64,000 nt of DNA from Desulfobacterales bacterium. Its GTDB lineage: Bacteria; Desulfobacterota; Desulfobacteria; Desulfobacterales; JAFDDL01. The stretch is from positions 3,625 to 67,624 of the forward strand of contig JBECKW010000112.1 in assembly GCA_040235505.1 (NCBI GenBank). The letters run 5' to 3'. The notes beneath the pieces are model-generated. The model was not told the DNA's origin. It saw only the letters and a list, made by a program, of their open reading frames with translations, and ran no database searches. The position numbers were made by a program, and so were the translations under genes. Shown in pieces: positions 10,901 through 18,779 of the stretch; position 1 is the first letter of the stretch, and the number at the start of each line of letters is the position of its first letter.

Positions 10901-11173
10901 TCAATCATGGCGATGGCGCCGACTGTCCCCGACGCTTTCCTGCATCTCGCCGTCATCCGGAAGGACTTTGTAATCGTCTTTGCTCAGATCGATAATTTCC
11001 GGCTCGTGGTCAACTCCTGAAAAGCGGTCTGAGGGGCCGTTTTGGAAGGGATACGAATGATAACGGCCGTGGTTTCCATGCCCATGGCTGCCGTAGTACC
11101 CCATACCGCCGCCTTTTCTGAACATCAGAAACAAAACCACGCCGATGAATATGAGGCCAAACAGGTTGTCCAT
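10901..11173 (-). CDS. Small membrane-anchored His/Gly-rich protein, probably co-transcribed with copA
   Basis: Internal Met of track ORF 10901..11317, preceded by GGGAGG. MDNLFGLIFIGVVLFLMFRKGGGMGYYGSHGHGNHGRYH...: one TM helix plus a His-rich tail. Lies 98 nt upstream of copA on the same strand. Confidence 0.5.
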   Translation of the reverse strand: MDNLFGLIFIGVVLFLMFRKGGGMGYYGSHGHGNHGRYHSYPFQNGPSDRFSGVDHEPEIIDLSKDDYKVLPDDGEMQESVGDSRRHRHD

Positions 11174-11598
11174 TCTATGCCTCCCGTCATAAGGTTGTTT
11201 CAGTAATTGACTTCTAATAACGCAACAACCATACCACAAAGTGAGAATATACTGGCAACCCACCGTTTTAACATGGTATTTTGTGCCAAACCTTTGTGAG
11301 AAACCCGAAATGCCCATTCTGGAAAAAAGCCGGATGGATATTTTGGATACAATCTGTGCGTGCCGACCGAATTATGTGTGAAAAAAATGCGCGCCTGGGC
11401 TTTGTACCGCATTGATCTTCTGAGAAAATCGAATTTTTTAGATTCCATTTTCAATTCAAGTGCTGCGTAAACAAATTTGCAAATACGAATCTGACATGCA
11501 AGTATAATAAATGAAGCTTATGCCCCTGGAGCGGCTTCCGACATTCGAAGGGAAAACTCCGGGGCGATCAACCACAGCAACAAAAAAGGGGCGCCATC

Positions 11599-12210
11599 AT
11601 GAAAACATTTTTTATTGTTCTTCTTACGATATGCGTTCTCATTGCCGGGGCGGTAGTATTTGCAGTGTCGGGCACATACAATATCTCCGCAAGGGTTCCA
11701 CACCTGTCCCTCACATTTCAACTCATGGAGCTTGTTCGGGACCGTTCGGTTGCCCACCACAGTCATGAAGTAAAATTGCCCTCCTTTGACGATCCATCGC
11801 TTGCCTTGAAAGGCGTTATCCACTTTGACGAAACCTGCCGAAAATGCCATGGCGCACCGGGCATCTCCCAGGAAGAATTTGCGGAAGGATTATATCCGGC
11901 ACCGCCTTCTCTTCAATTGTCAACGACCGATATGAATCGTCAGGAGATTTATTGGATCATCGATAATGGTATCAAAATGACGGGAATGCCGGCCTTCGGG
12001 ATCAACCATAACAGTGAAGAGCTTGCCGCCATGACGGCATTTATAAAGAAGCTTCCGGAGCTTGATGCACAGCACTATGCACAATTTGTCCAACAGGCCG
12101 GGAGTGCCGATCTCGGTGAAAATCACCACCACCACGAAGAATCGGCAGGGGAAGCAGCCGAGCCTGACACCCATGAACAAACGGTAGAAGGAAATGAGCA
12201 GTCGAACTGA
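11599..12210 (+). CDS. Membrane-anchored mono-haem c-type cytochrome with His-rich C-terminal tail
   Basis: 203 aa. N-terminal hydrophobic anchor. Single CRKCHG haem motif followed by ...GIKMTGMPAFG (Met ligand region). Tail GENHHHHEES. Confidence 0.8.
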   Translation: MKTFFIVLLTICVLIAGAVVFAVSGTYNISARVPHLSLTFQLMELVRDRSVAHHSHEVKLPSFDDPSLALKGVIHFDETCRKCHGAPGISQEEFAEGLYPAPPSLQLSTTDMNRQEIYWIIDNGIKMTGMPAFGINHNSEELAAMTAFIKKLPELDAQHYAQFVQQAGSADLGENHHHHEESAGEAAEPDTHEQTVEGNEQSN

Positions 12211-12603
12211 AATACGTGCTGCTGATCGGAAGTAAATTCATCAAAACATCCGAAAACGACATGCGCGATTTTTATACAGCTTGAGAGAACGGCACTCCAA
12301 AACCGGGTAAATCAAACACACCTTCCAGGATGTGATTTTTCTCCCTGCCGAAGCAGCCCAAGCAATCAGCGCCCCATAGCAATAGAATACGCCATTATTT
12401 ATTATAGTTAAAGACAAGACAGGAGTATTTCGCTGTTCGCTGGCATGCACTTTGCTCAATAATTATGTCAAACGGCAGTCTCCATCGGATTTTCCGATGG
12501 AGACGGAAGACGAAAGAAAAACGAATGAAAAATTCTTGAATGAAGAGGTTCGTGGCACAGCCTGCTTTTTTACCACGAACATGATTGGAAAGGAGGTTAC
12601 ATC

Positions 12604-12726
12604 ATGGAAAACATTTTAAACAGCCATAGTGACCATGTGTATGAGATTATCGAGAAGGTCGAGGATATCTTTATCACTGTCGTTGGCATCGCGATCGGGT
12701 TATCTCCGCTTCTGATTCTCTTGTAG
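12604..12726 (+). CDS. Candidate 40-aa small membrane protein
   Basis: Not in the track (too short). ATG is 6 nt downstream of a strong AAGGAGG. MENILNSHSDHVYEIIEKVEDIFITVVGIAIGLSPLLILL* has a C-terminal TM helix. Confidence 0.35.
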   Translation: MENILNSHSDHVYEIIEKVEDIFITVVGIAIGLSPLLILL

Positions 12727-13272
12727 GTATTTTTATTCAAGACCTCCGCTTCGTCTCGATTAGAGGGCGCTATCTTTTCTCCGGGGAAAAAAATCACGCT
12801 GGTGATAGTCGGCGACAGATTGCACCCTGCTCAGTCACTTCGATCAATTACTTTTACCAGGAATAGCCCGAAAACAAGTCCGGTAATGCAGAAGATTAAC
12901 GAAGCGGTGCCGGCGCTCAACCCGATGTGCAATGTACACCCCGCCCCGGCGCCAGGCAACTGTGACAGTGTCCGGCGCCGCTGTCACAACCGCCGCAAGC
13001 CCCCGACCTGTTGGTTTTAATGCGGGCGTCTCCATCGCCGCTATTTTCAAGGGCAGTTTCTCACGCGAGCTGCAAAACCATTTCGCACTGGTTCCCCGGT
13101 GGACCGACCCAAACGAGAAATTTTTTCGTATCGTTCCCGGTTTTTTTAAGAGTTTTTCTTCAAGAGTGGTTGCGGGTCACCGAGGTTATCGATGCAAGTG
13201 CCGGCGCCTGCCACCAGCAACGTGCAACGTGGCGAGAGTGGATGAAAACAAACCGCTGATGGCAATAATGGC

Positions 13273-13776
13273 TTATTTGCAGCAGGCGGTTCCGGTTGGG
13301 CTATTCATATCCAAATGTCCGGTCTCGATTACTCTGCTGTGGTGTTCTACCACCCGGGTGATTCGGGGGGTTATCGTCTGGCCGAACTTCGAAGATCTCG
13401 AAATAATCATGGCGATCAGGAGGCCGGTTGCAAGCCCCAGGAATCCGAATAATATCGCGCCGCCGGTTGCGCCGATCCGCCAGCCAGTCCCCATGCCGTC
13501 ACCGATAATCCCGCCGGCCAGCAGCCACAACACCGGGACGATGTACAAAAAAATGGCCCCCGTCCACAGGACGGAATCTTCCAGAAAAATGGTCACCAGG
13601 TCCCCGGCGTGAGCACCGACGGGATTTTGCACAGTGGCAACGAGATGGGCGCTGGTCAGACACGTCCGGCAATTATGGGCCTCGCTGCACCCGCTGCAAG
13701 CGTCTTTTCGGTCGGTAAGCACCTCGGCTGTTCTGTTCTCAAACGTATTGAGCACCAATCCGACATGTTCAGCCAT
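13273..13776 (-). CDS. RseC/MucC (SoxR-reducing-system) family membrane protein
   Basis: 167 aa. N-terminal Cys cluster (CSGCSEAHNCRTC), then two TM helices (AIFLYIVPVLWLLAGG, GGAILFGFLGLATGLL), as in RseC-family proteins. C-terminal extension ends in CC. Confidence 0.65.
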   Translation of the reverse strand: MAEHVGLVLNTFENRTAEVLTDRKDACSGCSEAHNCRTCLTSAHLVATVQNPVGAHAGDLVTIFLEDSVLWTGAIFLYIVPVLWLLAGGIIGDGMGTGWRIGATGGAILFGFLGLATGLLIAMIISRSSKFGQTITPRITRVVEHHSRVIETGHLDMNSPTGTACCK

Positions 13777-13882
13777 TTTTCGTCACCTCCCTCCCTGTCA
13801 CCCTTCCTGAATCAGACGAATTCATTCATCTTTATCTTGCGGAAGGCGGCTGGATGCCGCCTTCCGTCGAACGCGGGGGGGA

Positions 13883-14392
13883 TTACCACCAGTATCCGCC
13901 GCGGTGTCCATGGCCCATCCACCCCAGGGCGAGATCCGGAAACGTCTTTCGCAGGTCCAGCCGATGTTCCAGCGATTTTTGTGCAAACTCGGCCTGGAGC
14001 TTGGAAAGCTCTTTCTGCAGATTGAGCGCCGTGTCGCGGTCCGGAGTCTCCTTTTGGAGTTCCTGACGCAAGGCAAGCTCTTTTTGCTCAATTGAATTTC
14101 GAAGGTCCTGGGTGTCGTTGTAAAATTTCTTCTGGGCCGCCTGCAGTTTGGCGGAATCTTCCTTCGACAGGTTGGTTTTCCCATTCTGTGTGACACCCAC
14201 CATGCGACCGCCATATCCCATACCGTAGCCCATCATCTGACGGTGATACCCCATGCCATAACCCATCATCCCCGGGCCCATCATATATCCGCCGTTTTCG
14301 GCGCCGCTTCCGTCATTCGCCAATGCCACCGCGAAAATACCCAACGTCAGTAAAACAACGATCAAACCGATTTTGGTCTTGAAATGTTTCAT
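13883..14392 (-). CDS. Periplasmic Spy/CpxP/ZraP-family protein (heavy-metal/envelope stress)
   Basis: 169 aa. Signal peptide, then a Met/Gly/His-rich segment (GYMMGPGMMGYGMGYHRQMMGYGMGYGG), then helical LTxxQ-like repeats (LSKEDSAKLQAAQKKF, LNLQKELSKLQAEF). Confidence 0.8.
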   Translation of the reverse strand: MKHFKTKIGLIVVLLTLGIFAVALANDGSGAENGGYMMGPGMMGYGMGYHRQMMGYGMGYGGRMVGVTQNGKTNLSKEDSAKLQAAQKKFYNDTQDLRNSIEQKELALRQELQKETPDRDTALNLQKELSKLQAEFAQKSLEHRLDLRKTFPDLALGWMGHGHRGGYWW

Positions 14393-14464
14393 GACGATAC
14401 TCCTTTGCTACCGGTTGAGAACACATCCCCGTGAACGCCGCATTCACGGCTTCATTCTAATGGA

Positions 14465-14481
14465 TAGCAACGGCTGTACCA
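14465..14481 (-). promoter_or_regulatory. Candidate sigma54 (-24/-12) promoter for the ZraP/CpxP-like gene
   Basis: Minus-strand sequence TGGTACAGCCGTTGCTA fits TGGCAC-N5-TTGCW with correct GG-N10-GC spacing. It lies about 75 nt upstream of the start codon at 14392. Confidence 0.45.
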
Positions 14482-14649
14482 ATCCAGGCCCCATCCGGCA
14501 ACATTCGGCTAAATATTTTTATTTATCGCATTGTTACAATTATAAACGAGGGCTCGGTCATGGCGGAATCCGGTGGATATAAAGGAACCAGTTTTAGGTC
14601 GATTCATGAAAAAGGTGTGTAAAAAAAGGGCGACCGGATGGCGACGTTC

Positions 14650-14683
14650 AAAAAAAGGGCCGCCTCATGTTTGAGACGGCCCC
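14650..14683 (-). terminator. Rho-independent terminator downstream of the 711-aa gene
   Basis: Minus strand reads GGGGCCGTCTC-loop-GAGGCGGCCC followed by TTTTTTT (the A-run at 14650-14656 on the plus strand). Confidence 0.6.
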
Positions 14684-14738
14684 TCTTTTACCGGGTCTGG
14701 TTGTTTTCGGAAATCCCGGTCGAACCCGGGCAATCCGG

Positions 14739-16874
14739 CTACCTATCTCCTGAAACGGTCAGAAGGATATTCCCTTTGTAAGTCCCGGCATTGATAGCCG
14801 TTTTTTTTCCATCGACTGTCATTGTCAAGGCTCTGCCGCCGGGTGCCGCGATCACGACCCCCTTCCCGATGGTCAAGGCGGTGAGGGTACTCTTGCCGGT
14901 CACGGTCCAGACGCAATCTGTGCCCAATGTCAGGTGAACACCATGCACGGTCTTATAGCCGTCGGGATCGATGATGAGGCTCTCAAACCCCTTTTCTTTG
15001 CACAGGGCGTTCCAGCCCTCGGCCGTCCCGCTGACGATTTTGCCGGTGAGGGAAACGCTGTTCAGGGTCAGTATCGTATCCCGCTGATAGTCCTCGCTGA
15101 GGATGTCTCCGGCCAGGGTCATATCGGTCATGTGGACCTTGACGCCGGGATATGTCTGGCCATCTGGGACCTTGATCATGAACCGGGAGTCGTTGTTGAT
15201 GAGGGTGTGAATCAGGGCGCCGGAACCCTTCGGATCCGCGATAAGCTTTACCCGGTTCAGGTTGATATCGGTGTTGCTGCTCTTGATGGCGATCACCGAA
15301 CCGGCATGATGATCGATATAGGCCTGGCGCTCCGCGGGGTATGCCAGGTGCTTATCGAGACTCAGATCCGTGGCCAGGGTGCTTTCGTGAACCGAAATCT
15401 CGGCGGAATAGAGTGGAATTTCCTCCTTGCTGTAGCCCTTGTTCGCCCAATAAGGCGGCAGGTTGACGCTGTGGATCATCAGGGCGTTCCGACCGCCGGT
15501 CACCACCGAACCGGCGTTCTTGTCGCTGTGGGCGTTTCGGTCGGATGCCGTCAGATGGGATGCCAGCGCCGTGTCAGACTCGCCGTCCGCGATGGTGCCG
15601 ACAGTGACTCTTCCGTAGGTCCCGCTGATGATACCGATTTCGGCCGAATCGATCACTGAGCCGAAAAGGTACACATTGCAGAAAAGGTCGGAATAGGTGC
15701 CGTATCCGCCTTCAAGGGTCCGCGCGGTGGTGCCGTAGGCATAAAGACCGAGTTCCTTCTGGCCCGGCGCCGTCACCATTTTGGCCGCGTCGGTGGAAAG
15801 GGCGGCCCAGTCCTTGGAGTTGACTTCGGAATTGATATAAAAGGCCTGGGATTGTCCCAGGGTCAGGGTGGTGCGGATGCTGCCCCCCACCAGAAGACCA
15901 CCAGGGTTTCCGGCCAGGGGCTGGGTCTTTATCGACGTGTCGCCGTCGATCCTGGAATTTCGCACCACCAGAACGGACTGGTCGGAATTTTGAACCGCCG
16001 AACCGCCAAGGTTGAAAATGCGGGTATTGTCGATGGTCCGGCTGCCGCTGCCCAGCTGTACGGGGTGATTATGGAGAACCCTGGGGATGAGCCCGCTTCC
16101 GTCGCTGAGGGAAAGCGCGGTGGCGATCATCCCCGCAGCGCTGTCCCGGGAGATGGTCTTGGAAAGATCCAAGCCCCCGAGGCCTTTTGTCAGGTCGTAT
16201 TGTTTGAACGCATCGGCCACCACGGAATCACCGCCGGAAACCTTTTGGACGCCCAGGGCCATCAGAAGCATTCGGGCCACATCATAGCCGGTGACAGATT
16301 GATCCGGAGAAGCCGCCTTTTTCAGCAGCTCCTTTCCGACACAATAGGCAACAGGATCTTTTGGCGCATCCCCCTTGACCAACAGTGTGGCTCCCGCCAC
16401 CGCCTTTGCCAACTCGCCAAGGGTCAGATTCTTTTCCTGACAGAAGGCCGGGGCGCCCCCACTGCCGGCACAGGCGTCCATCAGTCCGAAATCATACACG
16501 GTGATGACGGCATCCTTGTTTTTCACGGAATCGAAGTCTGCAAGCTGCGACTCGGCGGCGCTGACCACCGGTTCGGCCGACATGGCCTCCGCCCCGATAT
16601 TGACATCACCTGGACCGCCGGGACCACCCGGCCCACCGGGGCCGCCCCCCGGACCGCCGGCACCTCCGGGGGCTCCCATACCACCAGGGCCCCCGGGAGC
16701 GCCCTGGCCGGGCGTCTCGCTGGCCGCCAGGACCAGGTTGCCGTTGCCTGAAGTTGTAAACATTCCGCTGTCGTTCAGAGTGTTCTGCGCGGCAAAAGCC
16801 CCCAAAGGCAGAAACAGCACAAACGAGGCGGCGGCAGCAATGGAAGTACTGAAGAATCTTCTCTTTAAGACCAT
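14739..16874 (-). CDS. Secreted 711-aa protein of unknown function with Gly/Pro-rich linker and beta-helix-like C-terminal region
   Basis: Signal peptide (FLPLGAFAAQN). GP tract at aa 55-89. The remainder is rich in short G/N/T-containing beta-strand-like repeats. No catalytic motif recognised. Confidence 0.75.
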   Translation of the reverse strand: MVLKRRFFSTSIAAAASFVLFLPLGAFAAQNTLNDSGMFTTSGNGNLVLAASETPGQGAPGGPGGMGAPGGAGGPGGGPGGPGGPGGPGDVNIGAEAMSAEPVVSAAESQLADFDSVKNKDAVITVYDFGLMDACAGSGGAPAFCQEKNLTLGELAKAVAGATLLVKGDAPKDPVAYCVGKELLKKAASPDQSVTGYDVARMLLMALGVQKVSGGDSVVADAFKQYDLTKGLGGLDLSKTISRDSAAGMIATALSLSDGSGLIPRVLHNHPVQLGSGSRTIDNTRIFNLGGSAVQNSDQSVLVVRNSRIDGDTSIKTQPLAGNPGGLLVGGSIRTTLTLGQSQAFYINSEVNSKDWAALSTDAAKMVTAPGQKELGLYAYGTTARTLEGGYGTYSDLFCNVYLFGSVIDSAEIGIISGTYGRVTVGTIADGESDTALASHLTASDRNAHSDKNAGSVVTGGRNALMIHSVNLPPYWANKGYSKEEIPLYSAEISVHESTLATDLSLDKHLAYPAERQAYIDHHAGSVIAIKSSNTDINLNRVKLIADPKGSGALIHTLINNDSRFMIKVPDGQTYPGVKVHMTDMTLAGDILSEDYQRDTILTLNSVSLTGKIVSGTAEGWNALCKEKGFESLIIDPDGYKTVHGVHLTLGTDCVWTVTGKSTLTALTIGKGVVIAAPGGRALTMTVDGKKTAINAGTYKGNILLTVSGDR

Positions 16875-17178
16875 TTCATAATTCCTTCCTGAAAAAGATT
16901 GTTGGGCTGACAGATTTTTCGCGGCATATCGAAACGGCTCGCCGACGGTTCATATTACAGTATTCAGTGAATTTATGAGGTGTTCCAAGGACCGGCCTTC
17001 CGCAGGGAGACACCGGCAGACCGCCGGACCTTCCCGGCGGTCGGGTTAGTATATGATTAAAATATGGATAAATTGTGAGGAAAGCGAAAAGAAGTCTTGT
17101 CTGCGCATTCCCCCGGTAATATCCGGAACTCAAGAAATCATCGCGAGGGACGATGTTCTATGCAATAAAGAAAAGATT

Positions 17179-17311
17179 GAAGAGCGGAAGGCAGGAAGCG
17201 CCGAAGAGCCGTGAAAAACAGGGGGGCGGTCGTCCCTCTTCCTTCTCCCTTTCCCCCTTACGTCCTTCTGTTTTTTCACGGCTCTTCCGCTCTTCGCACC
17301 TTCCGCTCTTC
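17179..17311. repeat. Imperfect long inverted repeat built from GAAGAGC/GGAAGGC-type heptads
   Basis: Left arm 17179-17221, right arm 17268-17311. Ends are complementary (GAAGAGCGGAAGG / CCTTCCGCTCTTC; GAAGAGCCGTGAAAAA / TTTTTTCACGGCTCTTC). The ~46-nt spacer is C/T-rich. Confidence 0.7.
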
Positions 17312-17325
17312 GTTGCCTTTCAATA

Positions 17326-17664
17326 TTACTGCCTCGGCAACCCCGGTGCCTCATCTTCACTCAGATACCCGTCATGGTTTGCATCCAGAATATCGAATTG
17401 ATCCGCCGGGCCGTCGAACTCCGACCTTGAGACCGTCCCGTCGCCGTTATCCCGATAGGCCGGCGCATTCCCGCGGTATTGGGCATCCTGGCCATAAAAC
17501 GCTTCTCCGGAATTCGGGCAGGCAATCACTCCGGAATTGCTGTAACAATGGTCCTGTCCGGTATCGACCACCGGATAGGGTACCGCTCCGGCGAATGCAA
17601 GCCGGCATGTCAGAAGCAACACCAAAATCAGAGTATGAGGAAAATCTATGAATGTGTATTTCAT
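17326..17664 (-). CDS. Secreted mini-protein: DUF1566-type N-terminal Cys motif fused to an EF-hand
   Basis: 112 aa. Signal peptide. PYPVVDTGQDHCYSNSGVIACPNSGEAFYGQDAQY is typical of the start of DUF1566/Lcl-like proteins. Followed by a canonical EF-hand loop DANHDGYLSEDE. Confidence 0.55.
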   Translation of the reverse strand: MKYTFIDFPHTLILVLLLTCRLAFAGAVPYPVVDTGQDHCYSNSGVIACPNSGEAFYGQDAQYRGNAPAYRDNGDGTVSRSEFDGPADQFDILDANHDGYLSEDEAPGLPRQ

Positions 17665-17938
17665 GGTATACTTTCCTGTTGAAGTCGTTGGGTCGATTTG
17701 AGCTGCCAGCTATCGAGAGCAGAGGGAAGATCCGGAAAATCATTCTCCACCCCTTCTGTTTGAAGGCTAACCGCTGACGGCTGGACGTGTCAATCCTGAA
17801 ATATCCATTTCCGAAGGGCATCCCATGCTTCAATAATATGGTTGGTCGGCTGCTTGACTTGGGCAGGTTGGGGCTTATCCTTTGCCTATGCTCATGAGCA
17901 CTCGGAGTGCTTACGCATATCAGACAAAGGAGTCAGCC

Positions 17939-18244
17939 ATGAAAATGATAATGAACGTGAGAATACCTCACGAACCTTTCAACACATTGGTAAAAAGCGG
18001 AAAAGTCGGTGAGTTGCTGCACCGGATTATCGACGAAATGAAACCCGAATCGATTTATTTTACGGAACAAGGAGGGACCCGCGGCGCCGTGGCCGTCATC
18101 AACGTAGAAAATTCCTCAAAAATACCGTTTTTTGCGGAGCCGTTTTTCCTGAATTTCAACGCGGATGTCGAATTCAGGATCGCCATGTCACCCGAGGACC
18201 TCGGAAAATCGGGTCTCGAAGAGCTTGGAAGGAAGTGGAGCTGA
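17939..18244 (+). CDS. Small conserved hypothetical cytoplasmic protein (101 aa)
   Basis: Internal ATG of track ORF 17882..18244, preceded by AAGGAG. MKMIMNVRIPHEPFNTLVKSGKVGELL...YFTEQGGTRGAVAVINVENSSKIPFFAEPFF. Confidence 0.55.
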   Translation: MKMIMNVRIPHEPFNTLVKSGKVGELLHRIIDEMKPESIYFTEQGGTRGAVAVINVENSSKIPFFAEPFFLNFNADVEFRIAMSPEDLGKSGLEELGRKWS

Positions 18245-18414
18245 CGTCCAATTCCGGGCGCAAAAACAAGTGATATTCGAGACTGCCAGCAAACTGTGAC
18301 GGCGCTTGCCTGCAAGGCATGGATTATCTTAACTCGCTCGAAACCTGTTTTCGCGGCGAAGCAACTCCTTTCCAAAACCGCATAGGTTAAGAGAAAGGCA
18401 TGTGTTCTGTTATC

Positions 18415-18448
18415 GGCCCCTCATAGCCGCCTGTGGATATGAGGGGCC
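18415..18448. other. Perfect 11-bp stem hairpin without U-tract
   Basis: GGCCCCTCATA-12 nt loop-TATGAGGGGCC, in the 535-nt gap between the 101-aa gene and the Tat flavodoxin gene. Confidence 0.5.
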
Positions 18449-18779
18449 ATGAATCGTCTTCACACCCGGCTTTTATTTCACCTCTCAAGACATGCCCCGC
18501 ATCCCTATCTGCCGCTGGAATCAAGGCAACCCCTTCGGCATGCTGGGTACTGCAAATATCCGGCGGGCACCTCAATGTACGGAGCGGGGTACAAGTTCGA
18601 GTATCAAATGGAACAATCGTAAAAAAACGTTAATAATCAGGAATGAGGCTTGCCTTTCACCCGGGCAAGTTGTACGTAATTCCGACCACAAGCCCAAATC
18701 GAAATGAACATACGGCGTCGTACAGGCGCTTAATTGCATACCCGGATAATATTTGCACCAAAACCATTTGAAGGAGGGA

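Noticed and set aside
11480-11512. TTGCAA ... TATAAT as a sigma70 promoter for the cytochrome c gene
   Set aside because: The spacing between the hexamers is about 20 nt, outside the functional 16-18 nt range.
12553-12570. TGGCACAGCCTGCTTTT upstream of the 40-codon ORF as a sigma54 promoter
   Set aside because: The GC element is two positions too close to GG (GG-N8-GC). It more likely forms the loop of the GTTCGTGG/CCACGAAC hairpin.
12932-13612. 226-aa plus-strand ORF overlapping the RseC-like gene
   Set aside because: Its right half is antisense to a protein with the RseC Cys-cluster/2-TM layout. Its left half has no RBS or motif. It was kept only as part of the ambiguous 12800-13272 region.
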